From Phoronis australis (lineage: Eukaryota > Animalia > Phoronida), in assembly GCA_002633005.1 (NCBI GenBank), contig NMRA01000093.1, positions 47,762-111,761 on the forward strand: a DNA stretch of 64,000 nt, read 5' to 3'. The stretch's first letter is position 1. The number at the start of each line of letters is the position of its first letter. Positions 12,101 through 25,535 of the stretch are shown one piece after another. The notes under the pieces are model-generated. The model was given only the letters and a program-made list of their open reading frames with translations. It did not search any database and was not told the DNA's origin. The translations under genes and the position numbers were made by a program.

Positions 12101-13728
12101 AATCTGTTTCAATTCAGACGAAAACGTTTTGTTATGATTGCATTGTTTATACTGAGAACTAGAAAATTACGACCTAAAATGGAGTTTTTAACTTATCACA
12201 CCAGTCGTCTACTATCAACATTTCTTGATAATGGCAGACGTGGGATTTGACGTCCACTTTGATGACTAGAAATTCAAAAGTCCAGGGTTTCGAGTTGGAC
12301 ATGCGAAACATGAAGGCAGAGTAAACAAGGCAACTTTTACACTGCGCTCTATAAAGACCCTCCAAAATCCAGATTTCTTTTTTAAAATCACGAATAAATT
12401 CCGAAAATGACGCATGATAGTAAATTTATGCCAACAGATCTTGAATAGTGCGGGGTTGTTTGGACACAGAACATTCCATACTGTGATCGGATTTCATTTC
12501 CGCTTCCTATGAAACAGGGAAACCACTAACCCTATCACGGTAAAGAATATTAAGAGACCGAATTTTTTCAGAGTAAAACGCCTCTAAACACGGCGAAATG
12601 GAGGCTTAAATGGAGGCGTAACTATTTCAGCTCCATAGCACAAGTTCCAGTTCGGTCAGAATAAATATTGATTATGTAATTAGTAGAGTTACTTCCAGTG
12701 ATGTTGCCCAAGGTTTTTGCATATGCACTTTTAAAACCAATAATTTGTTTATATGTACTTTTGACGTTTACTTGTACTTTTAGATGATGTTTACCACTTT
12801 CTGGGGTCTGTACTGTAAGGATTCTGGAAATTTCTGAGATCAGCCTGTAACAATGATATGATGTGATTTTTATTAGCCAATCGTTAAATAAGTGCATTAT
12901 AATAATTTTGGCAAAAAAATGGGAGATAAGCAGGAGTTAAGTAGTTGAGGCTATAGGACTTGTTTCAGTGTACTGGAGAAAGAGTACAACAGAGCCATTT
13001 CCTGCAACCAGGAAGAGGACTTGTGGGTAGTCAGATATTGCCTACACGTGGTAGTGTATCGCGGGTAGAGCGATACAACAGACTTGTGTTGCGTCACGAA
13101 GGACTGTGACCAGCAAGTATATTGTCGCAGTACAATGCGTGTTAGTACGAGGATTAACGAACAAGACTGTTATCCAACGATTGTCGAGTCCCACACATTG
13201 GATAGCAGATAAGACGTTTGATTGTTTATGGTTAAATGATTAGAAATATCCCAACAGAGGGTGCTAGCGTAGCTAACTCTTTTCTTTGTTATGTACTTAA
13301 TTAACAACACGGGTTTTACTTGAATTAATTAGTGGTTATTAAATAATAAGTTAATTACTGGACTTAACCATTCTCTTTCCATCCATGCACAATCATAAAT
13401 CATAGCAACCTTTTAAACTAAACCGACAGTCAACTTCTGACACCAGCATTTTGAATGCGAAAAAGTTGCAAATATGAGATCATGAAAAAAGCACGAAACC
13501 GCGTTTGGATTGGACCTATTTCCTAGAAAGCATCTGTAGGCTTTTTATCCAAATGGACGCTTTATCAAAACATCACGATACTTATGAAGGTATTTCCCTC
13601 AACGAAAGATGCAACCCATGAGTGTATGTGTTCTTCAAATCTTCGATAATCGCGAAACGTATTACAGCATTGAAAGCTTAGTGGTAACTGGTTTATGATA
13701 CCAAACCTCTTGTTTGTGTTTATTCGCT

Positions 13729-13945
13729 CTATTTGTGTTGCTTCACCAACACGGATATTGACTCACCCCACTTCTGGCTCCAGTTCAATTTTGTTGTAAG
13801 CTTGCTATAAGCAAAAAACGGCTTGTTGGTAGCCTGTTTGTCCCATGCACTGCAGGCACCATTGGGGTCGACAGTCACTATCCAACCGCTATCAGTGCTA
13901 CATGAGCCGTGGTTAGCGCTGATATAAAATCGCCTCTTCCCACCC
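13729..13945 (-). CDS. PAN/apple-domain protein, exon 4 (ends at the 13767 donor or reads through to the stop at 13729)
   Basis: TTTCAG acceptor, phase 2; RRFYISANHGSCSTDSGWIVTVD..CSAWD..PFFAYS..NW. A GTGAGT donor lies at 13766-13761, but no downstream exon was confidently found. Confidence 0.72.
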
Positions 13946-14310
13946 CTGAAAAGATTTGATGTTAGAGAAAATTTTGGACAGCTATCGTATTGCCGACTCT
14001 TGAGCAGTGGGGCACAGATTCCTGTCTTTATTTTGGACGACTCCACTAAGTACTGCATGCAATCTTTCCAAGTGAACGAAACGTATTCAATAATACTATG
14101 AAAACTCAGAACAATTGTGTGGGACATTGGTATCCTGATAATGTCTACTGAATAGACGAAACGTCGAATTAATATGAACTTTTTCATTTGTACGGCGATT
14201 GTCCGTTTTTTGACTCTATTATGGCCAAAAACTGATGTAATTTTTAGAATTACACCATAGTTGTTGCAGTCCAAAGAAAGTATTGTTTCGTAGTATAACG
14301 ACCAATTTAC

Positions 14311-14477
14311 CATCCAGCTATGTTGAAGTAATTTACACCCGATGAAATCGACGTCAAATCTGTATACGGATCTTCGAGCAGTCTTCCCTTAGCGAACCAA
14401 TTCATTTTTGTAGAACCTTTGCCGTTGAAGACCAAGGAGAACACTTCCTCACCATCAGTAAAAAACGCAAATTTAAC
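14311..14477 (-). CDS. PAN/apple-domain protein, exon 3
   Basis: TTCCAG acceptor, phase 0; VKFAFFTDGEEVFSLVFNGKGSTKMNWFAKGRLLEDPYTDL..YFNIAG; GTAAAT donor, phase 2. Confidence 0.8.
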
Positions 14478-15363
14478 CTGGAAAAAATCCACACGATTTG
14501 GTACGCCCATAATCACATTAGAAAACAAAACACACGGGCAAGCAAGCACTATATAGTATTTCCCAAATAATGGGTACTTTTCAGGAAGCAATGGGGGCTG
14601 ATGTCGTACGGCTGGTGACTCTTGTCGCCACCTCGTTGTACCAAGATACTTTGTCTTTGCATAGGGGAACAGCCTGACTTCGTGAAAACACCCTTTTAAA
14701 ATGCATGTGACTAGAAGTGATGGCATTTAACAAATGATATAAGCTGCCTCCTCGTCCTCTAGAGGCCATTAGTATCCGGTTCCACGTGAAGTCGCCAAAT
14801 TGCTATTTGAAAGTCTACCATTAGAATCGACTGCATGGCCCCTTGGGCTAATGAAGATTCGTAATGAAATAGAACATGAGTCATGCATAGCGTCGGTTGA
14901 TTGAGTGTGCGTCAATTTCTCAGTGGTCTTTCAAGATTTTAATAAGAAAGCTTTTGAAACTTCGTTTCACCAGATAGGGTATAACGTACTCCGTCTCTAT
15001 TTTCTGAAAAATTGGAAATTTATTACCCGATTGTTTGAATTATTAGACTAAATCCAGATTGTAAGACAACAGACAAACCTCCAAATCACATCAGCATCAG
15101 CGGCGAAAGCCTTTTTTATCCACGTGTGTAGACTGTGTTCATGCAATGTTGAACCGAACGCATAGTAACACATGACCTTGAATTTGAGCCATGAAACACA
15201 AGTCACAGACTTGGAGATTTCGCATTGGTTTTCCATTTGGAACCACTTCATTAGTTAACATTCCTTACAAGTCTAGGTGATGTGAACAGACCTCCTAAAT
15301 GTGTCATATAATCTCAGAGTAATCATACCATTATTTTGTGCATAGTCGACAACTACAGATTAC

Positions 15364-15560
15364 CTTTTTAACGTTCAAATTTGCCCAGTCTTCAACCTTA
15401 GCACTTTTGAAATGTGTTGATGATCCAGTTGCCAATTGTACAGTATCCAGTGTGGGTATATTTGAACTCGAACCAGACCACAAATCATACATTGAGTAAC
15501 CATTCTCCTTGGTAGCTTTCATCACCAGGTCCCATCCGTTAAAAAAGTGGTTCCACTCGA
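15364..15560 (-). CDS. PAN/apple-domain protein, exon 2
   Basis: TTTCAG acceptor (phase 1 matches exon 1); WDLVMKATKENGYSMYDLW...HFKSAKVEDW; GTAATC donor, phase 0. Confidence 0.75.
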
Positions 15561-15702
15561 CTGAAAGCATTGTAGTGTATACATGTTGTATTTCCTCTAC
15601 AAAAATCACGCATTTACGATGACTGTCTAACAGACAAATCCTTGCCCACATTCAAGACCTTCTCCAATTATTTTTCTGTGGTCACCAAGGTTTTCAAACA
15701 TA

Positions 15703-16511
15703 TACACCGGTGACCTAAAGTCGTGAATATAAGCATAATAAGCAGTTGATTGTCATACTACCCAATGCCCGTTTGCAACTGCTCATGTGATGTCATGGAC
15801 ATATATCAGCCTTCACAAATATACGTGTTTTGACAATCTTAATCCTTGTTTGTATCCGTAAGCAGAGTTTTAAAACAGTAGCTGATATCGCCGGCCATTT
15901 TGAATGAGGCCCTAAAGTCGTCAACGTTTCGTTTAGACGGAAATGCACGAAGTATGACCACAGAAGTCAACTACAGTACTTACAGTTACTCTAGATGACA
16001 TAAAATGCATTGCATTGTTTATTAATTCAGTTTCAATTGAAATAAATTGTTATATGTTTTGCACCCAACTTTGATGTGCACAGACGTTTTCAATGAGGTT
16101 GTTCACGTAAAACGCTAAGAACCCAGTATCAATTATCGCTCTTTTTAATGTTTTGGCCTTACAAAACTTGATCGACCCTGGGACATTTTGATACATTGTT
16201 CAAGCTACCCCTGGAGCGTGTGTTTGAGTAAATCTGAGCGATAAATATTCTCGAAAATATATCCCCAAAACGCACAAAAAAGTGAATCATTAGTGAAATA
16301 TGCTGTTTTTAAGATACATTTGAAAAAAGAAGCCACTCACTCACTGTTTGTTATCATATTGTGAATACGAACACGTCCGGGTATTCGTGTGACGTTCGTA
16401 AGCAGATGAACGCTGGAAACTTCAACGCCAGATGTCGCAAGACCCCGCAGAAGTGGAAATAAGATCGTTCACGACTTTAGAGCACTCACGACTTTAGGAC
16501 CTCTGACGGTA
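15703..16511. mobile_element. non-autonomous DNA transposon (TA-flanked, imperfect TIRs)
   Basis: Left TACACCGGTGACCTAAAGTCGTGA versus right TCACGACTTTAGGACCTCTGACGGTA; CTAAAGTCGT subrepeats inside both ends. Confidence 0.55.
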
Positions 16512-16537
16512 TATGGTTACACTGGTTACAATTAAGA

Positions 16538-17600
16538 TGTGACCCTTTTAGGAAAGGCAGGCTCATGTTACCTTTTGGGCCACGTGCCATATCAATGGCA
16601 TTCTGCACTCAGCGATTGCCGAACGATCTCTTTTGCTGAGAGGAGTTTACTCAACAAACAGACTTTTGACCGACCAGTGAAGAATAAAAAAGTTTCTTTA
16701 ATCCCCTGAAATGTCATTGAAATATACAAGCTAGAAAAGTTTGTTGCGAGTTTGGGAGATCACGCATGTCTTCGCGGGATATCACTAACCATAAAAACGA
16801 AGCGCGATACCTCACGACTTTCCACACCTGTCCGTGGATTTTCAGAACACTTCAGCATATGAACGAAAATAAATAAAGAAGTCACTCATGCTAAGTTATA
16901 TATTTTAGTCAATTAAGTATAGAGATAACGGAAGACAAAAATGCGGGAAATTTTAGATATCTGGGATCTGTTTTATGAATGTAAATTACATGTACGTGTA
17001 AAGTTTACAGAAATGTGGTCTTGCTCTCCCATTGCGTTCCCATTTTGCAATTGATGAGAAAAGGTTCATCCACGTAAGAATGACTCATCACAAACTAGTT
17101 ATGATTAAGAGAAATTATCCCAGTAACTAGGAATTCTCAGGTACTTTGAACTTTTGCACAAGACTTCACTAAAAATTGGTTTTACACTCTGCAACCCTAT
17201 TTCTGAAAAATAATTAAATCTCACACAAGCGAAAATGCAAAGTCTCTTAGAATATCCACACAGCGACTACTTACTGAAAAAATCTCACAGTGCGATGCGC
17301 TCATAAATACCTGTGTCCGACTCACGAACCTGTGTCATATGTGTGGATTATTTTAGGGTCTTTTGTTAACACAAAACTGAAATGTCCGCCCGATTGCTAT
17401 TACTGCATGCACCGCACACGCACTTTTTCAAAATAATCGTCTGAGGCAATATTTAACTCCGGATCACGGGTAGTGTAGGACAACACAATGGCGGAGACCG
17501 GAGTTCCTCTGATGACGTCACACAAAATTGTTAATTTTACAATTTTGCGTTTATTTCTTGATTACATGCAGACAAATTGAAGATGAAATACTACACATAT
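16538..17600. repeat. dispersed repeat; inverted relative of ~5830-6742
   Basis: 17490-17563 (GCGGAGACCGGAGTTCCTCTGATGACGTCACACAA...GCGTTTATTTCTTGATTA) is the near reverse complement of 5847-5915; TGTGACCCTTTTAGGAAAGGC at 16538 resembles the reverse complement of 6720-6742. Confidence 0.5.
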
Positions 17601-20099
17601 TATACCAAAATGGTTAGCAACAGAATTCAAGCACTTATAACCATAGTATGAAGGTTTTAAACAATTGTGAAATGAAAGTGTAAGACCGAATGTCTGTCTT
17701 GGGTGACTTTTCATGAAACAGATCCCTGGCTCTTTCAACGATGTGCTGATTTCTAATCGTGAGAAAATGATTTAAAAGAACCAGTAAATCTACATGCCCA
17801 GTACATGCAGTGACATTAAGTCGGAAAACCTCACGTCTAATGGCGTTCGTTAGCATCGTATGTAATTGAAGTTGGTGTAATTGGCACCTCGATTTCTGAT
17901 GTCTTTTCAGACAAGAAACAATAGAACAACCAACATGTAAACTCTATGCTGACACAAATCGATTTTGCACATTAGTTATATAATACCAGATATGACAACA
18001 TTGACAATACATGCATACGATTCATTAGTTTACTTATAGTCTGTAATTAATTGTCCAAAACTGATAATCAATTGTTATTCTCTCAACTCAGTTACTACGC
18101 ACGCCATCATCACCGGTGTATTTAGATTTCAAGAAGCAACTTTTAGACTAAAAGTGGAACTTTATAAAATCATGTGAATCGCATGGTTGAAAAGGTTACG
18201 TTCGGCATTGGAAAGCAAGTTTTCAAAAGATGCGTGCGCACCGCTCCCACGTCACAGTTACGAAATAAAGCTTTTGCCAAGTAGTTGTTAGCACATCACA
18301 ATATAGAATTGATATTTAAGAATCATCTGAGCAGCCAGTAATTGTGTGTATATCTTCAGAGACCTACATGTGGTAATTTTCAAAGAAAACGTCGAAATTC
18401 GGCGAAGTTTTTACGCAGAAAACAAACCACATTTAAATACATATTCCCTTTTCAATAGGATAATTTCGGCTAAATTTTAACAAAATGTCGACTGGTGTTT
18501 CCCCACGCAACAACATGCCTTGTAAGACCACTTACAATTAAATAATTAGAGGTTAGGCGTAATGTCGTCTAATTGTCGACAATAATGTCAGGTTGGTGTA
18601 AAAGTTCGACTAAACTAATAATTCTGACAAGAAGTTTATCCAAGTTTGAAGACTCTGGTAGAGTTCTGTCGAAGTATGTCTAGTTTATTTTTTAAAACTA
18701 CTGAACGTTTGCTGAATTGAGTTAAAATTAGTTTTGGAAAGTGAAATTTATACTTAAAGGTTATACAGAGCCCTAGAAAATGTTCAAATTTGACTAAATT
18801 CAAAACACCATATCCCAATAACAGCTGGTAAGATTCCTGTGGACCCTTCAGATACCTATGTTTTGTACACTGTTCTCCGAAACATTGTTAGGGATTGCTT
18901 TCAATATGATTCAATTTTGCACGAAGACCCAACACAAAATACACGTTAAACGATTTTATGAACAAATCTAAGATTGCGTAAAACTAAAACGAAATCATGG
19001 TTTAAAAATATTATAGATTTTAGATTTCCTTTATTAGGAAGATTTATATCACACAAAATTTGACAATGCTATAAATAACGCTGCTTTAGTATGAATGTAC
19101 AAAGTTTCTTATTTTAGCTAAATTTGTTAAACGCACGACACTTTTCATTCTTCACAGTCTTTATTCCGTTACGTTTGTACTTTCGGAACAAAACTCCACT
19201 CTCAACTGAACATAGATAAAGTAACTGACATAATTAAAAGACACACGATATTTCGAAACATACCTGTTTCATTCTCAAGTGAAGATAAAATTACGCAGTA
19301 ATGCCACCGCTGTGGTGCTAATCACCTGTTGATGGTTGAAAAGTTATGTCCTTGATGTGACATGATATTGAAAATGAATGTCATTTCTTGCTAGGATGTC
19401 CTTGGTACAGATAGTCCGGGAGCCCAAAACTGTTTTTTACTTAACCCCGATTTGCTGAATAAAGTTTTTTCGTTGCTGTTTCATGTAGCTTAGGGTTAGG
19501 GAATCATTATTTAGAAGGGTGACCGTTCCAACCATCGCGCATTTTTTGAATATGCAAATTAAGTCAGCCATTGCAAAACATTCTTTTTTGCTTATAGAGT
19601 CCTTATCAAGCGCTGCAGACAGGCTATTTTAATGTTTTAACCCGTGTTTCTATGGTCAGTGAATTTAGTGGAGCTCGTTTACTGGTGAATACATTTTGAA
19701 TTTGCATAATATATGCAAATTAGGTGACCATTATTCAAAATTCTACTTGTTCTTAAAGCTGAAGTACCAGGCACCACAGGTAAAATATTTTAATATTTGC
19801 CCCCGGGTTTCTGAGGTAAGTTTGTTTAATGAAATTGGTTAAGAAGTTGTTGCATGATGAACTTGCTTATTTTATACAAATAAAGACCACAGTTATTCGA
19901 AATTCTGTTTGTGCTCATAATTTCCTTACTGACACTACATGAAACTATTTTCATAACATATCTTACGTTTTCGTGGTCACATAAATTTGCATAGCTGATA
20001 ATTTACTTAAATTACAGCTGCCATTATTCAAAAATCTATTTGTACTTATAACTGTTGTGTTTCTTTTATTCATTTTTGACTGAGCATGATTTAGTAGTT

Positions 20100-21552
20100 G
20101 CATCTTAGTCCGGTTTCAGAAGTGACCACTCCTGTGAAACTTCCCTCATTAATATTGTTAATGGCTGGGCTCAGGGTGTAGATAGTGGTCACAACGTTGG
20201 TGTAGTATTTTTGGATTTTAAAAAAGCTTTTGATCTCGTTGATCACAATATACTTCTAAGCAAATTGTTAATTTACAAGGTGGGCAAGGTCTCCCTAGAC
20301 TGGTTTAAATCATATCTCTCAGAGAGGTGCCAGGTTGTATCCTTTGGTGGACATCTGTCTGAGTTCCGAGGTATCACACACGGTGTTCCCCAGGGATCCA
20401 TCCTGGGACCTCTGCTGTTTTTACTTTTTATAAATGATCTCTCTTTAGTCTGCGAAATCACGGTTGACATGTATGCAGATGATATTACTTTGTCTGTTGT
20501 GGCAAACTCGCTGATCGCTGTAAAGGACAGACTCCAGTCTGATCTGGATAAGGTTGCTACCTGGTGTACTGATAATAAAATGGTAATTAATGCTGAAAAA
20601 ACAAAATGTACGAGTATTGCCGCAGAGCAACGGCATAGAAAAAGTAATCTTGAGCTTAACCTTGCTATTTCCAATGTACGCCTCAAATATGTTGACAGTG
20701 AAAAGTTATTAGGTGTTACTGTAGACAAGACCCTCAGCTGGTCTAGCCATATAAATGGGACTGTGTCCAAAATTAGGCAGCGCCTTGGTCTTCTCCGGCG
20801 TATATCACCATTACTTCCCACGGAAGTGCGTCTGCAATATTTCAGCGCTTGTGTATTCCCTCTGTTCGTTTATTGTGGTACAGTGTAGTCAGGATGCAAT
20901 TCAAAATTAGTTTCCTCTTTATTGAAGGCTCAAAAGCTGGCGGCCAGACTTGTTCTAGGTGTGCCTTTTGACACTCCGTCAACTCATATGTTTAATAGAC
21001 TGGGATGGCTCCCTATTGACAAATATTTTATATGTAGGCGTCTGTGTATGATGCATAGGTGCTTTCACGGTAATGTACCGACTTATCTATCTCATAATCT
21101 CATACTTGTTCGAAATAGCCACCAGATCAGGACAAGATTTTCTGCCTCAAACAATTCGGTTTCTTGATTCAGACCATCAAACAGCGGAAAAATTTGCCTA
21201 ATAATCTTAAGGATGCTGATTGTTATGATAATTTCAGACACCACCTCATCAGTTACTTGTGGTCGTCATAGATGCCCCTCCTTCTTGTCTTTCCAATATA
21301 TTTACCAAAATTTGTTATTTATTTATTTATTTATTTATCTTTAATTCAATTTGTTTATCCAATTTGTAAATACTATTTTATTTAATGTATCTTATTGTAT
21401 CTTAATTTAATCTGTTTATCTAACTTAATATAATTAATTTAATTTCTTGCTGCAGAGGACCATGCTGAATATTAGCCTTTGGCTAAAGCATGTTTTACAT
21501 TTATTGTATTTTTATCCTCTTTAAATGAAGTTTAATATTATTATTATTATTA

Positions 21553-21585
<33 letters not shown>
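20100..21585 (+). mobile_element. 5'-truncated LINE (L2/CR1-group RT) with (TTA)n tail
   Basis: LDFKKAFDLVDH, GVPQGSILGPLLFLLFINDL, MYADD, KLLGV motifs; in-frame stop at 20886; 3' UTR ends in an ATT/TTA microsatellite at ~21535-21585. Lies antisense in intron 1 of the PAN gene. Confidence 0.9.
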
Positions 21586-21587
<2 letters not shown>

Positions 21588-21682
21588 TTATAGTCACATG
21601 TAGGCTAACTTAAAACTCACTTCTCGGCGAGTCGTGAAATGAGCTTCGTGAAGCGAAGAATAGTCGACTCGATTTTACTTAC

Positions 21683-22010
21683 TGGAGATGGAATTTGTGT
21701 TCACCATGTGCGACCATCCTTCTTCCTGAGCTACTGTGTACAAATACGGATTGACCAAGTCTGTCTCACTGATCTCGCACGTTGAGGACGTCTTGTGGTA
21801 GTTTACGAAGTTGCAAGTAGATGGAAATTTCAACAAGCACAGCTGAGTGCAATGGGTGTAAGACGTCACGTTTGTCAAAGACGTTGAACCAGTACCAGTG
21901 ACACGAGTATCCAACTTCACTCTTGGTTTCTGAAATAAAACATTGGTGACGGAACTCGCAACGGCCACTGTATGAAATATAACTACAAACAGAAATGATG
22001 TGGTACACAT
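21683..22010 (-). CDS. secreted PAN/apple-domain protein, coding exon 1 (signal peptide + PAN domain)
   Basis: MCTTSFLFVVIFHTVAVAS signal-like segment, then SYTHCTQLC..PSTCNFVNYHKTSSTCEIS (PAN/apple Cys spacing); GTAAGT donor at 21682-21677, phase 1. Confidence 0.75.
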
Positions 22011-23904
22011 TTCAGAAGAACGGCCGCCTAGCAAATACTTGCCAGTCGTAATTGTCCGACTTATATCTTACATAGGGCAAACCTTCTGCTTAACTGATCG
22101 ATGACGAAGATCGTTAGCTCCACCCACCTTAACGACGTTTGCTGTTACACTATACGCACAATGTCATCTTCTCAAGCCTGGGACTGTTAGATGCATGTGT
22201 TCTGCTTCAAGGTTGGTCGATAATGCCGACAGATGTGCTGTAAACTGTACTCTTGCTATCAAAAGTTTTCCACAGGGACACTTTTTATTTCCTTTTCCAA
22301 ATTCTTTGATCTTGACGTTTACTGGATTACTTTTGAAAGTGTTCTGTTAAGTAATAGATACGTGTATGTAAACCTCACTTCTCAGGGCTGCAGGTAGATT
22401 GAACAAGATGACATGGTGATCTCCAAATCGACTATAATAATAGAAGTCTGTCGCGTTACCTTTGAAGCGTCGGAAGGGTTCAATGACAAAAACGTTTTGC
22501 CAAAGAAGTTGACTTAATTTTTTTCTAAAACGTTACAATCACGCACGTTTGAAACAATTCATCATTTTGAGTTGGATGTTATAATGTTGACAGAAGTAAT
22601 GTACACGATAACATCACACTGAAATGGACGTACTTTGTACACGATAGCACACTGACATCCACAGACATCTTGCAATACCTGATGACCGTGTCCAACCCGG
22701 TGCAAAAGTAACTTCCATTCCGGCGGATGATCTGTCGAGGGGTCGAAGCTTAAGGGAGAATTTTTCTGTTAGTTTCCTGGCGAATGTGATAGTCTCGACG
22801 TCCCTGTATTCGGTTTGGGGACGCGCACCCCTAATCGCTTACAATAGTAATGGTACAAATCTTCTAAAAGCTACTCTCGAGATAGTCGCCCGAAATTACA
22901 ATGCACACCCGCATTTAACACACACACACATACACAAACACATGTATATGTGAACTTCTTGTCAGTGTCATGTAAATAAAAAGCAGTCATTTAAAATAGC
23001 AAGCTGCTTACTAAAAGCAAGTAATGTTCAATTGTTTGTAAAGAAATTATAAATGCTATTTTCCACAAACACTAATTTTTCGCATGAAAACTAATCATGT
23101 TTCTTGATTCTATTTGCTGAAACATCATTTACAAAAAAACAACAAAGCATTGGTTTCATTCATAGAAACATCGTGTAAATACCAAAAAAAATAAATAAAA
23201 ATGTATAGTTTTATGAGTGTAGTATTGATATTATTTAAGAATTGCGATCCTTGGTAACGAAGAAATCCATTTACCTTGTCTTTACAAACCCGGGAGTAAT
23301 ATCTCGTTCTTGTTACCAATGGATACAAAGCTTCTGATACTATTCTAAAATTACGGTCTAATGTTTATATTTTACTTTCAATTTGTTTGTTTCTCTGCTT
23401 ATATCCGCCAAGTGTTTATTGCCAATCGTTGATCAGAGGCAACTTTTATTAACCTAACGAGGTTCTCAAGCTCGACTGGCGATATGTTTCGTAAAAATCT
23501 AAAGCTTAGGTCAAATACGTCGTTCTTTCTTCTACAAATGTTTCTACCTGTGTAAACAGACTAATCAAACAGGACGAAATCATCTATCTGATATCCATGT
23601 GAATGGAAGTTGAAACAGTTTCGTTTATTCAGTGCAAGGATACGCAGAAGACATATTTTTATTGCTATGTGGTAAAGTATTTTGTCATGACCTCACTATA
23701 TGTATGTGCACCTCCACGACGAGTCTAATTGAGCTTGTCACCCTGTCATTGATTGTTTTAAAAAGACTTTGCTTAAAAATACATTGTAGCCTACTTTCTC
23801 TGGAGTAGGTAGTGTTGCCCAGTGGGACATGTGCCGCTTTTTACTGAAAACTACGGGTCCGAGTCTTACTCGGCACATTGCTATAGCATTGAGTCAGCTC
23901 TCTA

Positions 23905-24175
23905 GCAATTATTTGTGTCGTAAAGGAATTATTTACGGCCTAAAGTAATTATTACTTTACGGCGTAAAGTAATTATTAGCATTACGGTGTAAAGTAGTTA
24001 TTTGTGTCGTAGAGTGTTTTTGCGACGTTAAAAGTCACTTTACGTCGCAAAAACACTCTACGACACAAATAACTACTTTACACCGTAATGCAAATAATTA
24101 CTTTACGTCGTAAAAAATTACTTAAACGCCTCAAATAAATACTTTTCGCCGCAAAAAATTACTTTACGCCTCTAA
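23905..24175. repeat. foldback palindrome built from ~20-bp subrepeats
   Basis: Near-perfect arms GCATTACGGTGTAAAGTAGTTATTTGTGTCGTAGAGTGTTTTTGCGACGT / ACGTCGCAAAAACACTCTACGACACAAATAACTACTTTACACCGTAATGC centred at ~24035, flanked by TTTACGnCGTAAAGTAATT-type units. Confidence 0.85.
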
Positions 24176-24744
24176 CAAGAATTAGCTTACGCACGCAATT
24201 TAACGGCGTAACGTTCACCCATTTGACCAGCGATAGTTGTTAGCAATAGAACCTTCAAAGTTGTCGCTGTGTACTCGTACCGATTAGCAATCACGGTGAA
24301 CCTAAATGTGCATGTTATCTCTCATATGTTTCTTCACACACAAAATTGGGTTCCAAGCAAGCGCCGATGTATGGGTGTTTTATTTTGAATTTAGAGAATA
24401 AGGCCAAAGAGATAAATGTTCACAAAAAGAAAGGTCAATCCACCAATTTCTGGAATGTTACTAATACTTATTCATAGAAGGTGAATTAGTCCGGAATACT
24501 ATTGTAATCATGTCATCCTGTCTTTCATTATGGTCTTGTCGCCAAATGATTACTAATTCCATTCAAACGTTTTCATGCTCGTCATTGGCAGCTCTCTCAA
24601 ACTGACGTCAGGCATTTTGATGAACTGTTAACGCAAAACGAGTTGCAACGCCGCCATAGTGGAAATTGGTCAGAATGTTGCATTGTGGTTAAGTCGGTAA
24701 ACAAGTACGTCGACAAGCGTGGGGGCGAACCGGCCACAGGTAGG

Positions 24745-25043
24745 TTATACGTGTTGTGTGCCTGGCTGCTATAATACCAGTTAGCGAGATAAAGAATTTA
24801 GCTACTAACCTGTTTCCCAAGGATCAAGAACTGCGTAAAAAATGGGTCAGACACATCCGCAGAGCTGGTAGCAAAGGCCGACTTAGTGAATTCTTTCCGA
24901 CTTCGTGGCATAAAGTATGCAGCACTCATTTTGATTGCGGCAAGAAAACGTATCTTGGAAACTGCCCAACAATATTTCCCTTGAAAGAAATAGTGACAAA
25001 TACTCCACGGCGGAGGGTAGTCAAAAAACTTGTTTTCGCTTGA
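24745..25043 (+). pseudogene. THAP-domain remnant (transposon-derived)
   Basis: YTCCVPGCYNTS*RDKEFSY (one frame) joins by frameshift to FPKDQELRKKWVRHIRR...HKVCSTHF..GKKTY..CPTIFP: full C2CH THAP with stops. Confidence 0.8.
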
Positions 25044-25535
25044 CCAAAACCAAGCCAACCTGAGCAATTTTAAGGATAATGCCTCTGCACAATCACCTGT
25101 TCTGGGTCGACTCACTAAAACGCACACTATGCATTAACGTGCTAAGACCAAGTCCAGAATATTGTTATTTACTTTCTACAAAATTGTGGTGCATTGCAAT
25201 CAAAATTCGTTGTTAAATTACGATCATTTTTCAGAAAATTGTGCTGATATCCCAGGGCGAAATCTCGCCGACATATGCGTTGCTGCCGGTCTCACAATCG
25301 TCAATAGGGCTTGAATTCTTAAATAAGAATACAGTTTCGACTCATCAAATTACCTGAAATCCACCTCAAGTTTTCCAAATAGCGTCTCTAAGATTTTTAA
25401 GTTCTTGTGAAGTCTGGATTACCTGCAGATTAAGTCCAAATCTGCGCTAGATTGTAGCCCGCAACACGAGAAAATCTCTAGAGGAACACACATGCTGTTG
25501 TCACGTGACGTTTGTTTTGAAATTTGTATGCGTGT

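Noticed and set aside
12702-13256. Possible solo LTR (TGTTG...CAACA)
   Set aside because: Flanks give no matching 4-6-bp TSD, and no PBS or PPT is seen.
20273-20821. 182-aa minus-strand ORF
   Set aside because: Antisense shadow of the LINE RT frame.
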